A DNA stretch of 59,082 nt, the filler included, from Diploschistes diacapsis (Eukaryota): assembly GCA_023645945.1 (NCBI GenBank). It is 4 parts of 4 records of this genome, joined end to end, with 100 filler letters (N's around TTAATTAATTAA, not from the genome) between each part and the next. Parts side by side here need not be neighbours in the genome. Positions count along the whole stretch, not along the records: positions 32,040 to 40,994 come from JALAIB010001092.1; positions 41,095 to 50,039 come from JALAIB010001093.1; 2 more parts are not named here. One strand, given 5' to 3'. The notes under the pieces were generated by a model, which ran no database searches, was not told where the DNA came from, and saw only the letters and a program-made list of their open reading frames with translations. Made by a program: the position numbers and the translations under genes. Below are positions 35,314 to 46,118 of the stretch, piece by piece; position 1 is the stretch's first letter, and each line of letters starts with the position of its first letter.

Positions 35314-36497
35314 ACTTGCAGCAAGTCGCAAAGCGGACTCGATCCCTCCTGTTTTGCCCTCCAGGCCAATGTCTAGTATTAGAATATTAAATGTAGAAGT
35401 CTTCAACTTCTTTCAGTCTCGCTGTATTTGATTGCATGCAATAAACATGGTTGGTCGCGTTGCGGAAGAAAGGAAACGACACGCCCTGGAGCCCTCTGAA
35501 ATGCAGGCAGCGCTTGTGCTTGATAGTGTTGGATAGGTAGCCTTACAGTTCGTATGCTTGGATGTTCGACGGCGCGGAGCTTATCCGAGAGGCCCTGGCA
35601 GGCTGGAAGGCTAAGAATACCTGAGAGGCTCGTTCAGGATGGCTGAGCACCTCTGATACGACAGTCAAACGTTGCTGGAGGGGGCAGTTTTGGGTTGGCC
35701 CATGTTATGTACCTGAGGACTTTCAGACGTTCGGCCGGAAGACTGCAACAAGCGTAATAACGGCCAGAAATGGGGACAATTCTGAGTTTGAACAGCATTG
35801 AGATTACGACAGGCAAAGGAAACCGCTCACTCTGGAAGATGCAACAGCGCACTTTGCCGCAAGGCTAACAACGGCGGCGGCGTCGCTTGCACAAGGGCTC
35901 GCGTGTCGATCAAAGCTCGTGGTATCGGCCTCCATCCTTGGATTCTCATTTGACTAGCCTACCAACAACTCTAAGTACTAATGTAAATGCAGTTATAGGT
36001 GATTCGAGAAACCACGCTCTTGGTGCTCAACTGGCGTCAGAACAACGCATCAATGGTCGATTAAGCTTTCCAACTTGCGGGAGTCCTGAGCCCAGGTCAC
36101 TGACCACAAAAGATCCCCAGGTTAGCAGAAGACTGAGGGTCTCTCTTGCGTAACTCAGTACTCACTACTTGGAATCAGGATGGTTGTTTGTGTTGCACTG
36201 CGGATATATAACGCAAAGTCATAAAGTCAATTCTGCGGCAATGTGCATCGCTAGCATCGTGAAGCACTCCGAAGAAACTAGGTTGTCTTGCGCATTGCAA
36301 TGTAGATTTGATGGGATGAAGTCGACCTCAAATCCAAGGCCTGCAAACTTGGCAAATTCCTAGTACATTGCTTCTTCCGTGCTTGTCATTGTACAGAGCA
36401 CAATTCGTGGGCTTTGGAGGAAACTCTAGGCTTATGTCCATTTCATTCATTCATTCATTCATCACCGCCCATCCCCTCCCAGCGGTTCTACCATGCC

Positions 36498-39012
36498 CTA
36501 TAATCTGGTCGCAATATACCTGCGACGCGGCAGCCAACCCTTACCAGGGCGCCAGGCCTTGTCCGCAACCGCCGCCTGCCTCTCCGTTTCCTGCCACCAT
36601 GCGCCTGCTTTGGCTCTGGTCTCATCGCCTACCTGTGGCCCCTCCAGTATAGCCACGCATTGGCTGACCCATTCCTTCTGCCAGTCAGGCACCTTCCAAC
36701 CTTCTCTTAGCGGGTTCACAATGCCCGCCTGCGTAAGCGCTATCGCCATCTCCTTCCGCAGCTGATCGGGTGTGTCGCGGAAGAGCATGAGAATTCGACG
36801 GACTCGGCGTAGGACAACAGTCGACTTTAACTCGGCCTGCGAAGCTACACGGAAAGCCAGTAGATGTAGTATGCCGCTCGAGTATTTCGTGATTTTATAT
36901 CGCCGGGTAGTCCAGAATGGAGAAGATGAAGGCCACCTTTTCCCCCAGGTGCGTAGTAACAAATACGTAAGATCCATCAGAACATCGGTGGGACAGTCCC
37001 AAGCTGATTCCAAAGCTTTCGGTATGGATGGGCATAATCCAGCAGCAGGACGCTTGTCCGTTGTCAGTAGCATCAAGGCAAATACCGGGTCAATGTCGGT
37101 CCAGCGAGCAACTTCGGCGAATAATGATTCTAGCGATATGTCCCGCTTCCGGAGGCGTTCCGAATAAGAACGTTGAGTCATGAGCAAGACAACCTTAGGC
37201 TTTTTCAGATGGTACATCAATGGATAAAGCACCCTATGAAGTCGTTTGTGTAGTTGCGGACACACTTTTTCGAGGGAGATCAAAAGCCGGTGGAAGTGGT
37301 TTTCGTCGGTTTTGTGGTCTGGGGGAAAGGTTGACTGCAACAATCTCCGTACCTCTTTGCGAGTCAAGTTGGAGTTGGCGGAACTAGTCAGTGATGCAAG
37401 CCCTGGGTCATGCCATTCAAACACTAGATTCTCGATTATAAATGCGCACACCTCGCGATCCTCGAAAGAGCCAAGGTAGGATGCTATGATCTCCGGATTC
37501 AGGTAACTGAGGCTCTTTTCCACATGCTGCCATTCGCCCTCCCACCTTTCGCACCGGCGGGCTTCCCTTAGAATGCCACTCTGTGAAAGAGTCGTAAGCC
37601 AAAGCCTAAGCCATTCTTGTCTCTTATCACACTCTATTCGGTGCTGTGCGATTACATCTTTCGGGGTCGCAACAAGACGGATCGAAGCATAGCCAGCTCT
37701 AACATGATGCGCTTTGTTACTCCTCGCCCGAATTTCGTGAGCCAGGGCTTGCAAAGTCTTCACGATAGCCCCCGAGTAGATCTCCACTGGAAAAGCCCGC
37801 AGTAAGTCTAGCATGACCTCGTAGCGCCCGGTAAACTTTTTCTTATCGAACATGACATGTGGAATTGTATTCCGATCGGCTAGCAGTAGACGTGAGTAGT
37901 ACATCAGCAGCGATGAGGCCTTCTCTGGATGCGTTACTCCCACTGCAGTAAGAATTTCTTTGGCCCGATTCAGTCCAAAACGATCCGTGGTATCTTGGAG
38001 TGATACGTGTAGGAGCAGTGCAATTGTTCTTTCATCGAGATCCGAGACTTTTCGTACTTTTGATGCTTTGACGCCGTTCCATATGGGAACACAAACACTC
38101 CAAGTTAGTTCAAGCGAACTGGACCCTTGAAGTTTTGCAGGCAGGGCAGCCCTCAGGATGGTCCGCATATCCGTCTCGCTCATCGTTCCCAAAAGCACTT
38201 CAAGCTCCACCCATTGTTCGACCTTCTGTAACAGCCGTGGCCGGCTGGAACTTTTGAGGCTTTTGCATAAAGCCAAGAGTGACATTATGTCCGATGGCTG
38301 TGCTTCTTCGATGATGTCTATGAGAACATCTCGACGAAGACTAAGAAAAGACTCAGCATTTCTGTTGGCAGGCCCCTCGGCAGGCTTGCTATTGGCAACA
38401 TCCTCGTCCAAAATGGGAAAGTCAAGTGTGTCTGGCGGCACTAGTGGAGGAGGCGGTGGAGTGGGGAGACTCCACGGGAACCCTGTAGAATATCAGCATA
38501 CAAGATCATATTCATTCTTGCATTTGCAAAGACCTACATGAAAGTATCTCGTCATTGCTCTGCCAAGGGACTTTCTTGCGATCTGATGGTTTGCGGCCTT
38601 GCATACCGATCAGCACGCCAATCCCTGGTTCATCCCCAGATCCGCCCGATCTTGAAAGGTCCATCATCCGTCTTGTTAGAGAGCGTCTCTTCCTTGCCTC
38701 CAAAGGCCCCGGGATAGAACTTCCGCAACGACGTTGAGGGCGCCATGATGGCTTGCGCGGGTTTTTGAGCTGGTGAGTGGATGGAATGGTAAAGGAGAAT
38801 CGGCCTGGTTTCGATCTTGGAGACCAAGGCACCAATGCGCAATGGCTTATTGATGAAAAGTTCCTAGTGTGATAGTATTTCCGAAACGTCGATCTGCAGA
38901 AGCTACTCCAAACCTCCTGCAGCACCTCATCCTTGATCCACAGCGAAGATGTAGAGGATGGATCAAGAGTCAAATGTCGGATTCCACGCCGATGAATGGC
39001 GCAATGGGTCAT
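36498..39012 (-). CDS. Conserved fungal hypothetical protein (possibly mitochondrial), 2 exons
   Basis: Exon 1 is Arg-rich (SSIPGPLEARKRRSLTRRM). It splices through a GT-AG intron (approx. 38537-38483) in frame into the 647-aa ORF 36498-38441. Confidence 0.72.
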
Positions 39013-39369
39013 GAACAAGACAGTAAGGCTTTTCAATAGCAGCCATAAAGAGGGGACTTGGAGCTCCAGCTCTAGGTTGTTCTTCATTCGTGAACTGCCA
39101 GATCTGCGCTAGACTAGAAAGGGTAGTGTTACTAAATTTGGACCTCGACACATCTAGAGGTATCCCCTGAACACGGCAAGGTTGAGGACCAGTTGAGGGA
39201 CTTTCGTAAAGGCTTCAAAAATCTTATACAAATAGGTAGGTGCTTGAACAAAAAATAACTGCGATCAAGTTCCTTTGAACCTTGTATCTGACCTGTTGTC
39301 ATCTGTAACTTTCATAGCATCTATTCCTTCGTCTCGCAGTCTCTCAGAAGCTGAATCTGCTCTTTCATT

Positions 39370-40994
39370 ATGGACCTTACCTTGCAGTATCCCATGGCCT
39401 CGCCTAGAGAGCTTAAGGAGCTTTTCGTTGGCAAGAAACTTACTGGACTGCCTACCCCCATAGCTGTAGTCGACCGCCACATCGCTGCTGCTAATTGTAA
39501 GAAGATGTTAGATGCTTGCCGAGATCTCAATGTTCTGTTCAGGCCCCATATCAAAACTCACAAGGTATTTTGAAGTCAATGATAAATAGCGTTTGGGTCG
39601 TTCTCGATCGTTGTCCTTCTGGTTGTTTTCTTAGCCCATTCTAATGATCGCCAAGTCTGTAGAAGTGACCAAGCTTCAAATTGGCGAAAACCTCAAACAT
39701 GTCAATCTTGTTGTCTCTACAGTTGGCGAAGCCGAACTCCTGAAAGACTACCTCCTCGAATGCAAAGATCAAGGAAAAACCGTCAATGTGAGTTCGAAGC
39801 CTTCCTCCGCCGTCTCCGGTTGCGCCATCTGACAGCGGGAAAGGTGCTCTTCGGCCTTCCCCTACCACCATCCTACATTGACCGTCTGGGAAAATTAGGA
39901 AAAGTTCTCGGTGCAGGTAGCATAAACTTGCTCATCGACAACCCCAGCCAACTCAATGCCCTTCCCAAATTTCGAGATATCGCCGGTTTCGGCCCATACA
40001 TAACCTTCAAAATCGACACCGGCTACCACCGCGCCGGCCTTCCACCCACCGAACACGACCTCTCCGATATCGTCAAGAAGTCAATCTCTGCCGAGAACTC
40101 CGGCCTCTGCAAGATCCACGGCGTCTATTCCCACTCCGGGCACAGCTACGCCGCCACATCGCCGGAAGAAGGCATGTCCTACCTCCTTGAAGAAATCCAG
40201 CGCCTAAGCGACGGCGCCCTTATCGTCAAAGACCTACTCGCCGAAGAAAAAGAACCCCGACGGATGATTATCTCCGTCGGCGCCACACCCTCCTCTTCTT
40301 CCGTACTCCACCTCCTTGGGCCCTCCACGCCACACAACCAATCCCCCACTGCCCAGAAGCTGCGTGAGACCCTTAAAGGAGTCCTCGACAAGGGCCTATT
40401 CGTGGAGCTCCACGCGGGGAATTACCCGTTCCTCGACATGCAGCAGCTGCACACCCAAGCTGCCACCTCCGCCTTTTCACCCGCCTCAGACTCGCCAAAC
40501 GAAAAGGCAAACGCAAACCCCCCCATCGGCACAAGGGACATCGCCTTCTCCCTCCTCGCCGAGGTCGCAAGTATCTACCCAAACCGGCAGCCCCCGCAGG
40601 CTCTCATCGCCGCCGGCTGCCTCGCGCTGGGCCGCGAGCCGTGTCCCGGCTACGCGGGCTGGGGCATGCTGAGCGACTGGAACCTCTCGGCTAACACGAA
40701 CGATCAACAGCCGAAATACTCGGGCTGGGAGGTCGAAAAGGTGAGTCAGGAGCACGGCATAATACAAGCCAGCGATGGCACCACGATACAGAAAATTGTG
40801 GAGGAGAGGGGCGGGAAGATGGAGGGGCTGGCGAAGATGCCGTTTGAGGTGGGGCAGAAGGTCAGGATCTGGCCGAATCATGCGTGTGTTGCGGCGGCAG
40901 GGTTTGGGTTCTATATTGTTGTCGATAGTTCTGGGGAGGAAGGAGGAAAGGGTGCGGGGGAGGAGGTGGTGGATGTTTGGGTTAGGTGCAGGGG
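39370..40994 (+). CDS. DSD1: D-serine dehydratase (fold-type III PLP enzyme, alanine-racemase-like N-terminal domain), ends at the contig edge
   Basis: LPTPIAVVD, FRPHIKTHK (PLP lysine), KIDTGYHRAG, YSHSGHSY, ISVGATP, ELHAGNY, SQEHG, IWPNHAC (metal His/Cys). Introns near 39565-39655 and 39788-39843. The stop codon is lost in the linker. Confidence 0.88.
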
Positions 40995-41094
40995 NNNNNN
41001 NNNNNNNNNNNNNNNNNNNNNNNNNNNNNNNNNNNNNNTTAATTAATTAANNNNNNNNNNNNNNNNNNNNNNNNNNNNNNNNNNNNNNNNNNNN
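40995..41094. other. Artificial contig linker
   Basis: 44N-TTAATTAATTAA-44N. Confidence 0.98.
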
Positions 41095-41750
41095 GGCCCA
41101 CTTCCCCGTCAAACACGTTATAAATTCAAATGCTGATCAAATATCTACAAAGGTATCAGTATTTATTAATAAAAGAGATTATGGAATCGCTGGGTTGTTA
41201 TTAGGATTATTAGTACCAGGTGTTGCCGATCTCGCTGCCTTGGCGTTACTACTGATGACAATGCCGCTTGGCACGCTGTACGTAATTAGATCTTTGCTCC
41301 CTTTTCACACCAAATTTTGCTTGTAGGCATTTGTATCAATTTCTAGCTATTATCTTCATACTTACAATGATGTTTTATTATAACTATTCCAGCAAGCTTG
41401 CTGGGCAGGCTAGAAATTATTTCCTAATTTGAATTTGCACTGTAAATATCTTGGCTCTTATCTTTATTAGAACCCCGCATCCACTTTCAACACAAAATTA
41501 TGTGTTGCAATCAAAAAGTACATACTTTACGTTTGTGGCATTCTCTGGTTAAGTGTACTACTAACTATAATCCGTAGTACGATATACTCTCCGATCTATC
41601 CAGATCGGATATACCTATAACGCTTAACGGCATTTTTTTTCAAAAAAACTCCTTGCATACACTCAAAACTATCGAGTATCGATCCGGTGCTCCTCTGAAC
41701 TTTCAGATACCCTTGGCCCCACATATGTCTTCATTACAAAGGACTTGGTA

Positions 41751-41919
41751 ACGTATTCCACTAGTCAGTGACTAACACAAGTCAGTGACTCACTTGTATC
41801 TCTCATACAAAAATACATGTGATGGTACTTAATTGTCGCTCTCCACGTGATTATCACGTACCATCACATGTATTTTTGTATGAGAGGTACAAAGTGAGTC
41901 ACTGACTAGTGGAATACGT
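41751..41919. mobile_element. MITE (Tc1/mariner, Fot1/pogo-like) with long terminal inverted repeats and a TA target-site duplication
   Basis: TA|ACGTATTCCACTAGTCAGTGACT ... AGTCACTGACTAGTGGAATACGT|TA. The arms pair over about 60 nt (..CTCATACAAAAATACATGTGATGGTAC / GTACCATCACATGTATTTTTGTATGAG..). No ORF. Confidence 0.8.
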
Positions 41920-42267
41920 TACGGCTTCTACTGAGTTATCAAGTATGTGTCAGGAGTCGAAAGCTGGTCCGTTCTGTAATCAAAGCATTGTTTTCTCTTC
42001 CCGTGAGCCAATATCGAACAGAAAACAAGCAGATTGATTGAGTCAAAGCATTCAAGATTATGTAGCACAATATTGTGGTAGATGGACCACCAGCAATTAG
42101 TCGCCCGTCAATTCACTGTTTTTCAACGACCATCCCAGATAGCTTCGTGTGAGATGCGTCATGAGCGATTGCGTGCACACCGAAAGCACAAAAGATTCCC
42201 GCCTCTTCTCTTCTTCCGGCCATCAACTGCAACGTCATGTCTCGACGGTGCTTTTAACTCATTGTTT

Positions 42268-43834
42268 CTACAAGATATCCTGTGTTTGCTCAATCTGATT
42301 CTCGACCCGTATCTGCCCCATGGCCGGCGGGCTGCGAATGTGAACTTCCCCCTCTGACAGCGAACCAGTGCCTGCTGCCGTTGAATGCGTCTCGATGACT
42401 GCTGCCCTAGGCAGATCTGATATCATGGGTATCTCGTCGTGCATGTACCACTTACCGTCATTTATCTGCGGATGCCCCCTCTGGACCGCTGTCTTGTTAA
42501 CCTGGTCCGTCGTACCGAGGTTCGAGAAGGGCCATCTACCGCGGTAGGCGTACAGCCGTTTCTTTGTGAAGATGGAGCTGCTCCTGGGTTTTGACGATCG
42601 GGTGCTCGAGATAATGCGTTTGAATGCGTCCTTGAAGACGAAGTAGAAGGATGGCAAGCAGGCAGCGGTCAGAGCCAGGCCGGACTCAATAGTTGCCCAA
42701 TATACGCCGGTGGTGGGAATGGCTGTGCAAAAAGCGTGTTGGTCAGTCTAAGTATCTTCCGTGGTTTCGTCTCATCTAAGCTCACTGTCATTTGCGCCAG
42801 AAGAAGCGTAGTCCAACTTAAGAGCTACCACTGCTTGTACGAAGATAATCATTCGTGTTATGGAGGCTGCCACGGTGCTTTTCTCGGCGTTAGAATGGCT
42901 GCGGCAGCGAGGGAGGCTCGAGACTTACAGCCCACCAAGTGAAAGGATCGTAGCAACAGCCACCTTTCGGCCAAAAGACATACTGAGACGAGCGACCTAA
43001 GACGGATCCATAAGCTTCAATCTGGAGTGTTCCAGACCTACTTAAGGGATCAGTAGCGGGAAGGATGAGTCTCACCATGAAAACAGGCACAACGAGGATC
43101 ACTAAGTCCATGGCGGTGTCTGAGACTGCGAATGCTGCCTCAACGGCAAGGGAAGATTTGCAGTACGTGTCAAGTGTCTCAATGTCCGTCCACCACGCGG
43201 AGATATGCCCGTTACACTCAGTCAAGAGGGCAATGAAAAAAACAAGCCCCCATAAGCTCGTAATCACGATCAGAGTGAGGGTAAGGTAACGAAAACGTTG
43301 GTTCTGACCAGTGTAGAAAATTCGAAGGTAGAAGAACAAGCAGCTCATTTTCGTACATGCTAATGCTGGGCACTGAAGTAGTTCGATAGTCCATACCACC
43401 TTGGCAATTAGCAACAGAAAGATTTAGTTCCCGGACCGGATTACAAACAATCTTAGTCGTTGTAATGTCAAAATTCTGAAAAGTTAATGGATCCTGGCCA
43501 TTTGGAGACTCTGGAGTTGGGTAACCCAGCGCTTGGGTCACAGACCCTGAAGGTCGATGTCAGCATTGGAATGCCTGTAGCAATAGAATACTTACCATAT
43601 ATCATAGCAGCACATACGCCAAGCGTACCAAGCTGCGATATTTAGAGACATCTCTCATGAACTGATTGTACTTACAAGAGCTGGAATCGTCAACCAGTCG
43701 TCGGCTTGCAGGTTCGTCCGTTGATAACGTCGCACGACAAAGCGTAGGATAACAACGGCGGTACAAGCGGGAGCCCAAACGACCCCGACAGCGAATACTT
43801 CGTCGGCGGTTGGAGGCGCAACTAGTTCAGTCAT
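42268..43834 (-). CDS. PTH11-like (fungal rhodopsin domain) integral membrane protein / putative GPCR, multi-exon
   Basis: AVVILRFVVR..ADDWLTIPA, CTKMSCLFFYLRIF, SDTAMDLVILVVP and YWATIESGLALTAACLP are typical PTH11-family segments, spread over several short exons. No CFEM domain seen. Confidence 0.85.
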
Positions 43835-45077
43835 GGTGAAGAAACAGCTGCCCTTTGGAAGAAGTCGCAAGTATTGTCCTAGCAAAAGCGATTGTCAAAT
43901 CTATTGAACTTGAAGTTGCCTTAAAGGGGATCTTAAAGCGAGGCCATCAAGCGGTCGGTGATGAGAAGTCGCAGCCAAGCACCAGATAGGTCAAGCTACC
44001 CATGAGATTTTTCAGCGCAGGCCCAAGCCCACAAATCCGACATTCTTTCCCTTGGCCATGGCAGGCAGGGCAGGAAATTCAATTGTTCTCAGCCTGAGTT
44101 GGCATGATTGGATCATTCGTTGCGTGGTGTGGTGTCAAGTCGGTAAGATATTGATTGTCAGAGCACTGGGCCGCCAGCCATTGTGACTGAGGCCAGCCTG
44201 CGCCGCATACAGCTTGCAGCTTTACAGACGCACAAAATCGGATTGTCACATATGGCTGTTCCGTAAAATATTTGCGAAGTGTGCTAGATCCTGGTCAATC
44301 TTCTGATGCTCTGTTTCCACTGTCGCAGCAGGTAACAAGGCTGCTGCATCGGGTGGCCATCGAACTTACAGACCTCCAAGGCATCCATATGCTGTGACAC
44401 TGTAACGTCGAACTGTGCTTTGCCACCTCATTGCGTCTTCTCTTTATAGCGTATGGGAATTGCGTATCCGGCATTGTGATTGATGCAGTCATGGTCCGAT
44501 AACTGGAAGCTGGGGGGGACTTCAAATGGCGGCGTTATTGCGGCAAGAGGCTATATCCCTTTAGGAAAAAGCTCAGAGGGAACTTTGACTTTTTTTGAAC
44601 ACGAAGCGCTAAAGGTGTGGCTAACTGGTGCCTCGACGATCTGGATAAAATGTATCCATTCTAAAGGCAATGCCACACGCCTCCTCCATCACTACTCGAT
44701 GAGGTAGTGATCAATGGCATGACGCCTTTTAATTGAGTTACGATGAGGTCCAGAACAAAGCCATCTGCATAGTGCAACATACTACGATCTCGTTTCACTT
44801 CATGTGCAGTCTACAGCGATCAAAACAGGCTGAAATTAGGTTCGCAAACAATAAGCGAATCATTTTACATCAGCAAAACATTATCATGTCAGGTGCTCTT
44901 GTTCGGGTCGAACAAACAGCTTGTAGCACTGCAGCAACACAGGCACCTCCCGAATAAGAATCTTCCAAGCAACCTCTCTTTCCCCACCCTCATCGCCTAG
45001 CGAAGCATACAAAGCTCAGCATTGGAGGCACCGTAGACTACCTCTTACTCCAGTACGGGTACACGAAGTTTGTTTTC

Positions 45078-45404
45078 CTAGCGCGCATTCAGGACTGGTG
45101 GGTCGCTTTTCTCTCGCGCATTCAGTACTGGTGGATCGCTTTTCTCTCGCGCATTGAGGACTGGGGGATCGTTTTTCTCTCGCGCATTGAGCACCGGAGG
45201 GTCGTCTTTCTCGCGGGCATTGAGCACCGGAGGGTCGTCTTTCTCGCGGGCATTTAGTACTGGCACGTCTCCCTTGATGCGGGCGTTCAGCACCGGCGGA
45301 TCGGTCCTGATATAGCTGCGACTGATGACGTTGGTGATTGGTGCAGGCGAGGCGAGAGCAGCGACGACAAGTAGCCCAACGGTGAGAAGGGTAGGAGGAT
45401 GCAT
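45078..45404 (-). CDS. Putative RiPP precursor (UstA-like/KEP repeat protein): signal peptide plus 7 x 11-aa repeats xxxD(P/V)PVLNAR
   Basis: 31-aa leader (hydrophobic LLTVGLLVVAALA-SP) followed by IRTDPPVLNAR, IKGDVPVLNAR, EKDDPPVLNAR x2, EKNDPPVLNAR and EKSDPPVLNAR x2, then a stop. Divergently adjacent to a DUF3328 gene. Confidence 0.88.
   Translation of the reverse strand: MHPPTLLTVGLLVVAALASPAPITNVISRSYIRTDPPVLNARIKGDVPVLNAREKDDPPVLNAREKDDPPVLNAREKNDPPVLNAREKSDPPVLNAREKSDPPVLNAR
45081..45311 (-). repeat. 33-bp coding tandem repeat, 7 copies
   Basis: Seven contiguous 33-nt units, for example GAG AAA GAC GAC CCT CCG GTG CTC AAT GCC CGC on the minus strand. Confidence 0.97.
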
Positions 45405-45470
45405 TATGACTATGCTAAGTAGTGGTGGATGGTTTTTTTCGCAGTTGGGCTAAGATTGAGAGAGGGCATC

Positions 45471-45499
45471 AGTTATATATCAACAAAGTTATATATCAA
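45471..45499 (-). promoter_or_regulatory. Duplicated TATA-like element upstream of the precursor gene
   Basis: AGTTATATATCAA occurs at 45471-45483 and 45487-45499 (minus strand TTGATATATAACT), 67-95 nt upstream of the precursor ATG. Confidence 0.5.
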
Positions 45500-46118
45500 G
45501 AACCCCTCCTAAAAGTTAAACATTAATATACGCAGCTCTGGAATGACCAAGTCTTGATCAGGTGGGCTGACGATTCCAGGTTTCATCCATTCAGATCTCG
45601 ATGAAGATGCTATGCTGTTCATAGAAGGTTGATGGTGTTTATTGGGGGCATGAAAGGCAAACTCTCACATGTTCTCTACCAACCAGTAGAAAGTGCATAC
45701 AACGCGCAAGATCGAGGCTACACCACCTTCAGCTCAACTCTTCATGCACACAGCACTATCACAACAGCAAGGTTAAGTACATAGACGAAGCATCATTCTG
45801 GTTTTCCCTTTCTCGTGCAGTAGTCTATTGATCAACAGCTGTGGGTGGCATTATTTTCCGTCTTAATGAGTGGTTCTTTTTTTCTTGCAGCCATCAAGTA
45901 CGATCGAACGATGATGATGTGAAAGCCAATAGAAATGAATAAGAAAATAGAATAAGAGGGATGAAGTTCATTGTGCCGCAATATGTAGGATCTTTGATCC
46001 TTCACCCCCCTTTCCCCCCAAGAGCTTTTCGATCAGAACTTGATCTCCCATACTTCATACCTCCCGAATTTGGCTCGTTCTCTCCCCCTTGAACTCATGA
46101 TCATCTTGAAAAGCAGCC

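Noticed and set aside
39370..40994. D-serine dehydratase as a tailoring enzyme of the RiPP cluster (analogous to the PLP enzyme UstD)
   Set aside because: It is on a different contig, separated by an artificial linker, and looks like an ordinary DSD1 ortholog.
45081..45311. 33-bp repeat array as a CRISPR array or neutral minisatellite
   Set aside because: The units are contiguous with no unique spacers, the context is eukaryotic with no cas genes, and variation falls mainly at synonymous positions of an ORF with a signal peptide.
45078..45404. Alpha-factor-like mating pheromone precursor
   Set aside because: It lacks the Trp/Cys/Gly-containing mature peptide, KR sites and XA/XP dipeptide spacers typical of Pezizomycotina alpha-type pheromones. 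A DUF3328 neighbour fits a RiPP better.
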